From the NCBI GenBank assembly GCA_964369365.1, contig CAYJES010000004.1, forward strand, positions 1,682-65,681: a stretch of DNA of 64,000 nucleotides, read 5' to 3'. Under the pieces are notes generated by a model. That model had not been told where the DNA came from and made no database searches. It saw only the letters and a program-made list of their open reading frames with translations. The translations under genes were made by a program, and so were the position numbers. Below, one piece after another: positions 47,123-55,890 of this stretch; positions within the stretch are counted from its first letter, which is position 1, and each line of letters starts with the position of its first letter. The stretch comes from an uncultured Lactobacillales bacterium (GTDB taxonomy: Bacteria; Pseudomonadota; Alphaproteobacteria; CAYJES01).

Positions 47123-47476
47123 GTGGCAATTGACATAAACTCGGCTTTAAATGCTTATAACATGTCTCTTAATAGAGCTAAAAAATCTATTAATACTGGG
47201 GTTGTCGATTCTGAATTAAAAGCAATTACTCCTGTTAAACCTGTTAATTCTGATGATGACAATTCTTTTTACGGAATTATAAAACAATCAGTGCAAAGAG
47301 CAGAATCAATCAACAGAAAAGCAGAAGATTTATCAAAGCTAGCTATTGCAGGTCAAGCAGACATGAGAGAGGTCGCCTTGGCTGTGACCCAAGCAGAAAC
47401 TTCACTTAAAACTATTATCGGAATGAGGGATAAATTCCTTACTGCTTACAAAGAAATCCTTAATATGCCAATGTAA
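47123..47476 (+). CDS. fliE: Flagellar hook-basal body protein FliE
   Basis: 117 aa, GTG start. C-terminal DMREVALAVTQAETSLKTIIGMRDKFLTAYKEILNMPM matches the FliE signature. Confidence 0.8.
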   Translation: MAIDINSALNAYNMSLNRAKKSINTGVVDSELKAITPVKPVNSDDDNSFYGIIKQSVQRAESINRKAEDLSKLAIAGQADMREVALAVTQAETSLKTIIGMRDKFLTAYKEILNMPM

Positions 47477-47576
47477 TTGGATTATTTTATTAAGAAAGCT
47501 TAGAACTATCTTTTTACTTGATAGTTTTTTTTATTTTATTACAATACCAATAACTTAAAATTTGTTGAGAATAATA

Positions 47577-48434
47577 ATGAACAATACAAACACAAAAAAA
47601 AGAATTTTAAAATATACATTCCGCACTTTGCGCGTTCTTTTAATCGCACTTGTTATATATCTTATTATGTTGTTTTTTGCACAAAAAGCGATAATTTATC
47701 CTGGTGCATTTTTTGACAACCCTAATTTATCTGAAAATACTGTACTACAACTTGAACCTATCAACTTAAAATCAACAGACAACAACCCTGTTTTACTTTA
47801 TAAATTGGCAGGCAAAAAAGAAAACAATAAAGCACTATTGATATTTCACGGAAATGCGGACAGCGCCACAAACATTATGAACCGCTTATATAATCCATAT
47901 GTTTTACACAATGGTTATGACATATATGGTATAGAATATAGAGGATTTCAAGGAATGCCGGGGCTTCCATCAGAAGAAACTTTACTAGAAGATAGCAAAA
48001 CTGTTTTAAATTATATAAAAGAGCAAAAAAAATACGAAACACTTGTTTATTATGGACATTCATTGGGGACTGGGATTGCAGTTAATTTGGCAGGTTATTA
48101 TATCCCAGACGGATTGGTGCTAGAGGCCCCGTTTTCTTCGCTAAAAGATATGGCAAGCTCACTTTATCCATTTATTCCAAGAATGTTAATCAATTTAATG
48201 GTTGTGGAAAGTTACGATTCGTTTAAAACACTACAAACAATCGAAGTCCCTAACTTATTAATTTTAAATGCAAAAGACGATCATGTAATCCCTTACAAAC
48301 AAGGTCAATCATTATATGACATTGCAATATCTCCGAATAAAATATTCAAAAGTTATGATAAAGGTGGACACAGCGATATCTATCTCTTCAATGACACCAG
48401 CACTTTACGTGATTTTTTACTTAAGATAAATTAA
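47577..48434 (+). CDS. Alpha/beta-fold hydrolase with an N-terminal membrane anchor
   Basis: ORF trimmed to ATG 47577. FHGNADS, nucleophile elbow YYGHSLGTGIA, NAKDDHVIPY, GGHSD. Confidence 0.7.
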   Translation: MNNTNTKKRILKYTFRTLRVLLIALVIYLIMLFFAQKAIIYPGAFFDNPNLSENTVLQLEPINLKSTDNNPVLLYKLAGKKENNKALLIFHGNADSATNIMNRLYNPYVLHNGYDIYGIEYRGFQGMPGLPSEETLLEDSKTVLNYIKEQKKYETLVYYGHSLGTGIAVNLAGYYIPDGLVLEAPFSSLKDMASSLYPFIPRMLINLMVVESYDSFKTLQTIEVPNLLILNAKDDHVIPYKQGQSLYDIAISPNKIFKSYDKGGHSDIYLFNDTSTLRDFLLKIN

Positions 48435-48454
48435 TTATAAAAAGGTTATTATAA

Positions 48455-49948
48455 ATGTTTAACTCGCTTTCAAATCGTTTAGGAAAAGTTTTTGATTCTC
48501 TTGCTAGACGTGGAATTTTAACAGAAACCATGGTTGATGAGGCTATGCGCGAAATTCGTATAGCATTATTAGAAGCTGATGTTTCATTGCCCGTTGTAAA
48601 AGAATTCGTTGCAAAGGTAAAAGAACAAGCGATAGGCGAAAAAGTAATAAAAGCAATCAAACCATCTGAACAAGTTGTTAAAATCGTACACGATGCCTTG
48701 ATTGAGACTTTGGGTGGCGACCACTCAGAACTAAGCTTTAACACCAATCCCCCATCAATTTATATGATGTTAGGATTACAAGGTTCTGGTAAAACGACAT
48801 CTTCTGCTAAACTTGGTAAATTTTTACAAGACAAACAAAACAAAAAAGTTTTAACTGCATCTGTTGATATATACAGGCCAGCAGCAAAAGAACAACTAGC
48901 AATTGCATGTAAATCTGCTGGTGTAGACTGCGTTGATATTGTGGAAAACGAAAAACCACTTGCAACAGTAAAGCGTGCGCTTAATCAAGCAAAAATCGAA
49001 GGATATGATGTTTTGATCATCGATACAGCAGGAAGGTTGCAAATCGACAATGAATTGATGAATGAGTTAAAAGAATTAAAAACCTTTTTAAATCCGATAG
49101 AATCTTTATTAGTAGCAGACAGTTTAACAGGTCAAGAAGCAGCAAACATCGCAAAAACTTTTAACGAAGAAATCGGTCTTAGCGGTATTATTTTAACCAG
49201 AATAGATGGTGATGGCCGTGGCGGTGCTGCGCTTTCTATGAAATCTATTACTGGCAAACCTATTAAATTCATTGGTACAGGTGAAAAGGTATCGGATTTT
49301 GAAATCTTTTACCCAAAACGTTTGGCAGGCAGAATTTTGGACATGGGTGATGTGGTTTCATTGGTTGAAAAAACCATGGAAAACCTAGACCATGAACAAG
49401 CGGAAAAAACAGCCAAAGCAATGCTAAAGGGCAAATTCACGCTGGAAGATATGCTAGCACAATTAGGTCAAATGCAAAAAATGGGAGATTTAAGTAGTAT
49501 CGTTGGGATTTTACCTGGCGCGTCTAAGATAAAAGATAAACTAGCTAGCGCAAACATTGATGACAGAATGATAAAACGTCAAGAAGCAATAATTTTATCA
49601 ATGACTATTAAAGAACGTAGAAACCCAGATATAATAAAAGCAAAACGAAAAATCAGAATAGCAAATGGCTCAGGCGTCCAAGTCCAAGACGTAAACAAAC
49701 TTTTAAAACAATTCGATCAAATGAAAGACATGATGAAAAAAATGAAATCAGGTGGGTTATTCGGCAAATTGCTTGGCGGAATGGGTGGCATGGGCGGAAA
49801 AATGCCTGACATGTCTGCACTTTCAGATATGAAAGGAATGGGAGATATGTCTATACTTGAAAATATGAACCCAAATGCCCTACCCGATTTTGATAAATTA
49901 AAAGATATGGATTTTTCAAAAATGGGGCTACCATTTAACAAGAAATAA
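48455..49948 (+). CDS. ffh: Signal recognition particle protein Ffh
   Basis: 497 aa. GLQGSGKTTSSAKL, DTAGRL, LTRIDGDGRGGAALS, and a Met-rich M domain with a GGMGGMGGKMPDM tail. Confidence 0.95.
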   Translation: MFNSLSNRLGKVFDSLARRGILTETMVDEAMREIRIALLEADVSLPVVKEFVAKVKEQAIGEKVIKAIKPSEQVVKIVHDALIETLGGDHSELSFNTNPPSIYMMLGLQGSGKTTSSAKLGKFLQDKQNKKVLTASVDIYRPAAKEQLAIACKSAGVDCVDIVENEKPLATVKRALNQAKIEGYDVLIIDTAGRLQIDNELMNELKELKTFLNPIESLLVADSLTGQEAANIAKTFNEEIGLSGIILTRIDGDGRGGAALSMKSITGKPIKFIGTGEKVSDFEIFYPKRLAGRILDMGDVVSLVEKTMENLDHEQAEKTAKAMLKGKFTLEDMLAQLGQMQKMGDLSSIVGILPGASKIKDKLASANIDDRMIKRQEAIILSMTIKERRNPDIIKAKRKIRIANGSGVQVQDVNKLLKQFDQMKDMMKKMKSGGLFGKLLGGMGGMGGKMPDMSALSDMKGMGDMSILENMNPNALPDFDKLKDMDFSKMGLPFNKK

Positions 49949-49950
49949 AC

Positions 49951-50126
49951 TAGAGAGTTTAACGTTTATATTGTTTATTTTTTTATGAAGGATTTTAATT
50001 TTTGATTTTTGCTTTTTTATGAGGGCTAGCGCCCCTAACCGAAGAGAAAAGCAATAGAGCAAAAATACTCTAAAAAACGATTATAAAACTATTCAATATA
50101 ATCGTTATACTCTCTAATAAAAAAGG
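49951..50126. repeat. 176-bp element bounded by 23-nt imperfect terminal inverted repeats (MITE-like or long structured 3' UTR)
   Basis: 49951-49973 TAGAGAGTTTAACGTTTATATTG versus the reverse complement of 50104-50126, 21/23 match. Internal GC-rich hairpin GGGC-TAGC-GCCC flanked by TTGCTTTT/AAAAGCAA, and a 10-bp palindrome AACGATTATA/TATAATCGTT. Confidence 0.5.
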
Positions 50127-50129
50127 ACA

Positions 50130-50158
50130 GCCTTAACTGTCCTTTTTTATTCTTTAAA
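50130..50158. terminator. Bidirectional intrinsic terminator
   Basis: A5-GGACAG-CCTTAA-CTGTCC-T6. Confidence 0.75.
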
Positions 50159-50167
50159 CACTTAACA

Positions 50168-50461
50168 TTATCTAGTATTTTGAAGATATACAGCTCTCGC
50201 AGCAGCATTTTCAAGAACAGCTCTCCAATTTCTAGGAGTTTCTAAAACAATACATTTTCCGTCTATATTATCTGCATACTTAACTGCTTCTTTATTTCCA
50301 GAGTTTTCTAAAATTTGTCTGATATCTATATTATGACAATTTTTATCAATAATTGCTCCAGCAATAATTCTTGCAACTTTACTAGGAACTTTATTTTCTC
50401 TTAATTCTGCAAGAACTGTTTCATTAAAAATTTCTTTTTTTACTTTATATTCGTTTCCCAT
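50168..50461 (-). CDS. Hypothetical small protein
   Basis: 97 aa. GGGAAG-type purine-rich tract upstream, no family recognised. Co-oriented with 50476..50700. Confidence 0.5.
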   Translation of the reverse strand: MGNEYKVKKEIFNETVLAELRENKVPSKVARIIAGAIIDKNCHNIDIRQILENSGNKEAVKYADNIDGKCIVLETPRNWRAVLENAAARAVYLQNTR

Positions 50462-50475
50462 AATCTTCCCCTAAA

Positions 50476-50700
50476 TTAGTATGATCTACCGAGCATTGCT
50501 CTTGTAACCATCGAAATATGATTAGGATATTCAGAGTTTTTCTTAGCATTACGAGCAGCGATAAGCAAAGATCTAGTATCTTCGTCTTTTTTCATTTCTT
50601 TTTTTATAGCAGGGATAAGTTCAGCAGGAACTTTACCATCGCCTAAATCTTTTTCTATTAATTTATTGCTTATTTCCATTGTTTTTTTATAAATATCCAT
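50476..50700 (-). CDS. Hypothetical small protein
   Basis: 74 aa. AAGGAG SD 7 nt upstream of the ATG. Shares a short GKVPAELI / NKVPSKVARI motif with its neighbour. Confidence 0.5.
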   Translation of the reverse strand: MDIYKKTMEISNKLIEKDLGDGKVPAELIPAIKKEMKKDEDTRSLLIAARNAKKNSEYPNHISMVTRAMLGRSY

Positions 50701-50832
50701 TTTATTACTCCTTAAATAAATTTAAAATGCTTCTTTTTTTTAAATTATCATAAAAAAATATCATACTAAAATGATAATCACACAATACACTATCAATTTT
50801 ATTTTGTCAACATATTTTTTTATTTTTTTTAT

Positions 50833-50861
50833 TTGACATTTACGTATTGATAATATATAAC
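50833..50861 (+). promoter_or_regulatory. Sigma70-like promoter of the rpsP operon
   Basis: TTGACA (50833-50838), 17 nt spacer, TATAAC (50856-50861). Confidence 0.5.
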
Positions 50862-50891
50862 ATACCTACATTTTAATCAGATAAAGTTATT

Positions 50892-50970
50892 TTATACAAG
50901 CTCCGCAAGGGGTACGTTTGTCGGCGAAGGTACGCTCACAGGCGCAAAAGTTGTATATTGTCTTTTTTTG
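50892..50970 (+). promoter_or_regulatory. GC-rich structured element in the rpsP 5' leader
   Basis: Outer stem UAUACAA (50893-99) / UUGUAUA (50951-57) encloses CUCC-GCAA-GGGG, GUAC...GUAC and CGCU-CACA-GGCG, followed by UUGUCUUUUUUUGUUUU. Confidence 0.4.
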
Positions 50971-51017
50971 TTTTGGTTAAAAAGTAATTTAATTAACGAA
51001 TAAAGAGGTATAAAAAT

Positions 51018-51485
51018 ATGGCAGTACATATAAGATTATCAAGAGGCGGAGCAAAAAAAGCTCCATTTTACAAAATAGTAGCGGCTGATTCTCGCTCTCC
51101 TCGTGATGGTAAATTTATTGAAAGATTGGGACATTTTAACCCAATGCTTCCAAAAGATCACAGTGACCGTTTAGTTATGAACACTGAACGCGTTAAATAT
51201 TGGGTTGGCGTTGGTGCGAAACCTTCTGATAGAGTTACAAAAATGATGGCAGAAGTTGGACTTTGTGAAAAACCTGCAATTCCTGCACAAACTAAGAAAT
51301 CACAACCAAAAGCAAAAGCTCAGGAAAGAATGAAAGTTCTTGCAGAAAAAGAAGCAGCTAAATTAGAAGCGGCTGCTGCTGCAAAAGCTGAAGCAGAAGC
51401 AGCAAAAGCAGCTCCTGCAGTAGAAGAAACTCCTGCTGAAGTTGAAGCGCCTGCTGAAACAACAGAAGAAGCAAAAGCTGAATAA
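51018..51485 (+). CDS. rpsP: 30S ribosomal protein S16 with an Ala/Glu/Lys-rich C-terminal extension
   Basis: 155 aa. [42 protein letters not shown]. Confidence 0.95.
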   Translation: MAVHIRLSRGGAKKAPFYKIVAADSRSPRDGKFIERLGHFNPMLPKDHSDRLVMNTERVKYWVGVGAKPSDRVTKMMAEVGLCEKPAIPAQTKKSQPKAKAQERMKVLAEKEAAKLEAAAAAKAEAEAAKAAPAVEETPAEVEAPAETTEEAKAE

Positions 51486-51508
51486 TCTGGAAAAGGTAAT
51501 AAACCCAA

Positions 51509-52063
51509 ATGACAAGCAGAAATAAAAACACAATGAATGATACAAACATGGTACTTGTTGCTCGTGTTACTTCTGCGCATGGCATTAGGGGTTTGGTAAA
51601 AGTGCAAAGTTTTACTTCTATCCCAGAAGATTTTGCAAACTATTCACCATTATTTGATGAAAATGGTAAAGAGGTTGATATCAAAATATCGGGCGAGGCA
51701 AAGGGTATGTTTTTGGCTCAAGTAAATGGAATCACCACTCGCAATGACGCAGAAGATATCAAAGGGTTAAGCATCTATGCTAACCGTGATAGCTTAGGCG
51801 ATTTAGAAGACGGTGAATTTTTCCTAAATGATATTGTTGATCTTGATATAGCGGATAGTGAAGGCAAAATTTACGGGACAGTTGAAAAAGTTGTTAATTA
51901 TGGATCTTGTGATTTACTTCAAGTAAAATCAAAATCAAACAAAACATTTCTTGTACCAATGATAGAAGAACATGTTGAATTAATTGATTTTGATAATAAT
52001 AAGGTCATAGTTCATGGGGTAAAACAACTTATGGAACTAGGGGGAATAAAGGATGACATCTAA
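51509..52063 (+). CDS. rimM: 16S rRNA processing protein RimM
   Basis: 184 aa. VARVTSAHGIRGLVKV, FLVPMIEEHVELIDFDNNKVIV. Conserved slot rpsP-rimM-trmD. Confidence 0.85.
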   Translation: MTSRNKNTMNDTNMVLVARVTSAHGIRGLVKVQSFTSIPEDFANYSPLFDENGKEVDIKISGEAKGMFLAQVNGITTRNDAEDIKGLSIYANRDSLGDLEDGEFFLNDIVDLDIADSEGKIYGTVEKVVNYGSCDLLQVKSKSNKTFLVPMIEEHVELIDFDNNKVIVHGVKQLMELGGIKDDI

Positions 52064-52745
52064 TTTAAATGTCAAAATTTTAACTCTATTCCCAGACGTT
52101 TTCCCAGGGGTATTAGCAAGTTCGATAAGTGGAAAGGCTTTAAAGGCTGGAACCTTATCAATCGAAGCAATTAATATTCGCGACTATGCAACTGATAAGC
52201 ACAAAACTGTTGATGACACTCCATTTGGTGGTGGGGCTGGCATGGTTATGAAACCAGATGTAATTGCATCTGCGATTCGTTCTAATCATAAAACTGGCAA
52301 ATTGATATACTTAACACCACGTGGAAAAACTTTTAATCAAGCTATGGCTTATGAATTGGCAAATGAAAATAATTTAACAATTCTTTGCGGTCATTATGAA
52401 GGAATAGATGAAAGAATACTAGATACTTTTGATATCGAAGAAATTAGTGTTGGCGATTTTATTTTATCAGGTGGCGAAGTTGCATCATTATTAATGCTTG
52501 ATGCAATTATAAGGCTTATCCCTGGCGTAATTGGCAAAGAAGAAAGTCATTTGGAAGACAGTTATTCTTCTGGACTTTTGGAATACCCACAATATACTAA
52601 ACCAAGTGTATGGGAAGACAAACAAATTCCAGAAATTTTATTATCGGGTCACCACGAAAACATTAAAAAGTGGCGTCATGAAAAAGCATTAGAAATTACC
52701 AAACAAAGAAGACCAGATTTATACGAAAAGTTTTTAAAAAATTAA
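52053..52745 (+). CDS. trmD: tRNA (guanine37-N1)-methyltransferase
   Basis: 230 aa. ILTLFPDVFPG, DDTPFGGGAGMVMKPD, LTILCGHYEGIDERI, ISVGDFILSGGE. Confidence 0.95.
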   Translation: MTSNLNVKILTLFPDVFPGVLASSISGKALKAGTLSIEAINIRDYATDKHKTVDDTPFGGGAGMVMKPDVIASAIRSNHKTGKLIYLTPRGKTFNQAMAYELANENNLTILCGHYEGIDERILDTFDIEEISVGDFILSGGEVASLLMLDAIIRLIPGVIGKEESHLEDSYSSGLLEYPQYTKPSVWEDKQIPEILLSGHHENIKKWRHEKALEITKQRRPDLYEKFLKN

Positions 52746-52769
52746 AAAAATAAGAGAAAGGAAACTAAA

Positions 52770-53189
52770 ATGAAAAACCAGATTATTGCAGATATAGAAA
52801 AAGGCGAAATCGACAAAGTATTGGCAAACAGAGATGTTCCAAGCTTTGGTCCTGGTGATACTTTACGCGTACATAACCGCGTAGTAGAAGGTGCGGGCAA
52901 AGAACGTATCCAGGTTTATGAAGGCGTTTGTATTGCAAGAAACAATGACGGATCAAATTCAAGCTTTACTGTACGTAAAATTTCTTTTGGTGAAGGTGTT
53001 GAAAGGGTATTCCCATTATTTTCACCACGTATCGCTAAGATCGAAGTAAGCCGTAAAGGTAAAGTAAGACGTGCGAAATTATATTACTTACGTCAACGTT
53101 CTGGTAAATCTGCACGTATCACAGAAGATACTTCAGAATTACGCAACAAAAAAGCAAAAGAAGCAACAGCAAAAGCTGAAAACGCATAG
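52770..53189 (+). CDS. rplS: 50S ribosomal protein L19
   Basis: 139 aa. [62 protein letters not shown]. Confidence 0.95.
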   Translation: MKNQIIADIEKGEIDKVLANRDVPSFGPGDTLRVHNRVVEGAGKERIQVYEGVCIARNNDGSNSSFTVRKISFGEGVERVFPLFSPRIAKIEVSRKGKVRRAKLYYLRQRSGKSARITEDTSELRNKKAKEATAKAENA

Positions 53190-53215
53190 TTAGCAATCTT
53201 ATGCAAACAAATAAA

Positions 53216-53247
53216 AAGGGACAGTGTTAAAACTGCCCCTTTTTTTC
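53216..53247 (+). terminator. Intrinsic terminator after rplS
   Basis: GGGACAGT-GTTAAA-ACTGCCCC followed by T7. Confidence 0.7.
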
Positions 53248-53304
53248 TTTGTAAAATCGAAAATAACACTTGTTTTTAGGGTAAAAATATTCATAATGTA
53301 AGTT

Positions 53305-54270
53305 ATGAAATTAAAGACCTTCACAGCCCAAAGTATGGCAGAAGCAATGGAAGCCGCAAAACAAGAATTCGGTTCAGATGTATTAATTGTATCATCTGAA
53401 CGCGACGGTCTTGGCGGTGGCGTGCGCATTACCATAGCAATAGAAGAACAAGGGGTCAGCGAAAAGGAAATTGAACAAGCATTATTTGGCGAAACCATTG
53501 ATGAGACATCTAGCGAAATAAGCGAAGTTTTACATTATCACGCCATCCCAGATGTTTTGTGTGAACGCATAACAATGCATGCAAACAAAAGTCAATCTGA
53601 TGATATAGCTGAAGCGTTAAGTTACAGCTTTAATGAAATTTTACGTTTATCTGAGATAAAGCCTATTAAAAATAAAATTATTATGGCGGTTGGCCCTGCA
53701 GGTTCTGGGAAAAGTTCTATAATTGCAAAAATGGCAACACTTGCAAAGTTAAAAGGTCAAGTACCAGGAATTATATCAACAGATACTTATCGTGCTGGCG
53801 CTAATGCGCAACTACAAGCATTTTCAAAAATATTAGGATCTAACCTTATAACAGTTCAAACTCCTGATGAAATCATAGATGCAACAAAAAAATTATTTGA
53901 ATTAAGTGATGTAATTTTTATTGATACTGCTGCAGTCAATCCATATTCTGACAAAGACTTGATAAAGATGAGCGAATACATAAATATTTTACCAAACATC
54001 GAACCATTACTAGTGTTTGAGACAGGACGCGATACAGAAGAAACAGTTGAACAGCTTTGCATTTTTGCAGAAAACGGTGTTACCAGCTTATCTGCAACAA
54101 AACTTGACACAACTAAAAGATTGGGCGGAATTATCGCGGGTACTTATCATTCAAATTTAAATTTAAGAGATTTTTCAATAAGTAGTAGTATTGCAGGCTC
54201 TTTAAAACCTGTAACTGCCGACTTATTAACCAAACTATTATTGCCCGTTGGGTTTTTAAATAAGGAGTAA
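53305..54270 (+). CDS. flhF: Flagellar SRP-type GTPase FlhF (short form)
   Basis: 321 aa. MAVGPAGSGKSSIIAKMA, STDTYRAGANAQLQAFSKILG, IFIDTAAVNP, SATKLDTTKRLGG. Followed by a MinD/ParA-type partner. Confidence 0.8.
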   Translation: MKLKTFTAQSMAEAMEAAKQEFGSDVLIVSSERDGLGGGVRITIAIEEQGVSEKEIEQALFGETIDETSSEISEVLHYHAIPDVLCERITMHANKSQSDDIAEALSYSFNEILRLSEIKPIKNKIIMAVGPAGSGKSSIIAKMATLAKLKGQVPGIISTDTYRAGANAQLQAFSKILGSNLITVQTPDEIIDATKKLFELSDVIFIDTAAVNPYSDKDLIKMSEYINILPNIEPLLVFETGRDTEETVEQLCIFAENGVTSLSATKLDTTKRLGGIIAGTYHSNLNLRDFSISSSIAGSLKPVTADLLTKLLLPVGFLNKE

Positions 54271-54274
54271 ATTA

Positions 54275-55027
54275 ATGGCAAGAAATGCAAATATAATCGC
54301 AGTAGCATCTGGAAAAGGAGGAGTTGGAAAAACTTGGTTTTCAGTTACATTATCTCATGCCTTAGCTAAAATGGGTGAAAAGGTTCTGTTGTTTGATGGC
54401 GATTTCGGTTTGGCTAATATTGATATTCAACTTGCCCTTATGGCGAAACATGATATTGCATCGGTTTTAACAAACAAAATCACATTAAATCAAACTATTA
54501 CCCATTATAAAGCGGGAGGTTTCGATATAATCCCAGGCAGATCTGGTTCGGGTAGTTTAGCACAAATACCACCTAATAGACTGCAATTATTATTGGAAGA
54601 TTTACATGCCCTAGCCCCAGATTATGACAGGGTCATAGTTGATTTGGGAGCAGGTCTTGAAAAATCAGTAAGAATGTTTGCTGGATCTTCTGGTAACCTT
54701 ATTATTGTTTGTTCAGATGAACCTTCTTCTATGACTGATGCTTATGCCTTTATTAAAATCATGACTTTGACAAAAGCTCCTGCAAAAATAAAAATAGTTA
54801 TCAATTCTGCTAATTCAACTCGTGAAGGTGAAAAAACTTATAATACAATATCAAAAGCGTGTAAGGAATTTTTAAAAATTGATCCTCCTCTGCTTGGCGT
54901 TATCAGAAGGGATACCCAAGTTCGTGATGCTATACGAAATCAAGCAACCATAATTACTCGCTCTCCTAATGCGATTGCTGCTGAAGATGTGCTGACTATT
55001 GCCTCAAACATCACAAGCGGATTATAA
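54275..55027 (+). CDS. flhG: MinD/ParA-family ATPase FlhG (FleN-type)
   Basis: 250 aa. Deviant Walker A IAVASGKGGVGKTWFSVTLSHALA, FDGDFGLANIDIQL. Immediately after flhF. Confidence 0.8.
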   Translation: MARNANIIAVASGKGGVGKTWFSVTLSHALAKMGEKVLLFDGDFGLANIDIQLALMAKHDIASVLTNKITLNQTITHYKAGGFDIIPGRSGSGSLAQIPPNRLQLLLEDLHALAPDYDRVIVDLGAGLEKSVRMFAGSSGNLIIVCSDEPSSMTDAYAFIKIMTLTKAPAKIKIVINSANSTREGEKTYNTISKACKEFLKIDPPLLGVIRRDTQVRDAIRNQATIITRSPNAIAAEDVLTIASNITSGL

Positions 55028-55045
55028 AGTAAAAATAGGATATCA

Positions 55046-55084
55046 TAAAAAAGAGCTAGACTTTTGCCTAGCTCTTTTTTTTTA
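55046..55084. terminator. Bidirectional intrinsic terminator between flhG and ctrA
   Basis: A6-GAGCTAG-ACTTTTGC-CTAGCTC-T10. Confidence 0.75.
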
Positions 55085-55095
55085 TTATGTACTTA

Positions 55096-55773
55096 TCATT
55101 TTGGATCTTGCAAAATATATCCACGACCAAAAGCAGTTTTAATATAACTATCACCGCCGGTTGCTTTTTTAAGTTTTGCACGTAGTTTATGAATAAACAC
55201 ATCTATGATTTTAGCTTCTGGTTCATCCATTCCGCTGTAAAGATAGTTCAAAAATTGCTCTTTACTAAGCGTTGAACCTTTACGAAGAGAAAGTAATTGA
55301 AATATAGCATATTCTTTACCAGTAAGGTGCAAAGGTTTACCAGAAACAGTAACTGTTCTTGTATCCATGTTAAGTTCAACTTTACCAGTTTTAATCACAG
55401 ATTCAGCATGACCTTGCGTACGTCTGATTATTGCGCGAATCCTAGCAAGTAATTCTTCTTTTTCAAAAGGTTTAGTTAAATAGTCATCAGCCCCAGAAGT
55501 AAGTCCTTTTACTTTTTTATCAAGACCGTCAAGACCAGATAATATAATAATAGGAGTTTTTACTTTTGAATTACGAATTTCTTTAAGAACTTGATAACCA
55601 TCCATATCTGGCAAAATTAAGTCCAAAACGATTAAATCATAATCATAAATCTTACATAAATCAATTCCATCTTCACCCAATGTTGCAGTATCAACAACAA
55701 TGTTTTCTTTATTAAGAATCATCTCAATACCTTGGGCCATTACGCGATCATCTTCGATTAAAAGAATTCTCAT
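55096..55773 (-). CDS. ctrA: Cell-cycle response regulator CtrA (OmpR family)
   Basis: 225 aa. Near-colinear with the Caulobacter CtrA sequence as I recall it: [107 protein letters not shown]. Confidence 0.85.
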   Translation of the reverse strand: MRILLIEDDRVMAQGIEMILNKENIVVDTATLGEDGIDLCKIYDYDLIVLDLILPDMDGYQVLKEIRNSKVKTPIIILSGLDGLDKKVKGLTSGADDYLTKPFEKEELLARIRAIIRRTQGHAESVIKTGKVELNMDTRTVTVSGKPLHLTGKEYAIFQLLSLRKGSTLSKEQFLNYLYSGMDEPEAKIIDVFIHKLRAKLKKATGGDSYIKTAFGRGYILQDPK

Positions 55774-55789
55774 AAAATATATCCTCCAA

Positions 55790-55804
55790 TTAAAAAAATA
55801 TTAA
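55790..55804. promoter_or_regulatory. Candidate CtrA box (TTAA-N7-TTAA) in the ctrA / fliI divergent intergenic region
   Basis: TTAA AAAAATA TTAA at 55790-55804. Such strings also arise by chance in AT-rich DNA. Confidence 0.25.
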
Positions 55805-55890
55805 TATTTAGGTTAACAATACGTTGTATTTAATCTATAATCAAGTACAATATGTTGTAAAAGTTAATTTTTTTTAATAAATGGCAGAAA

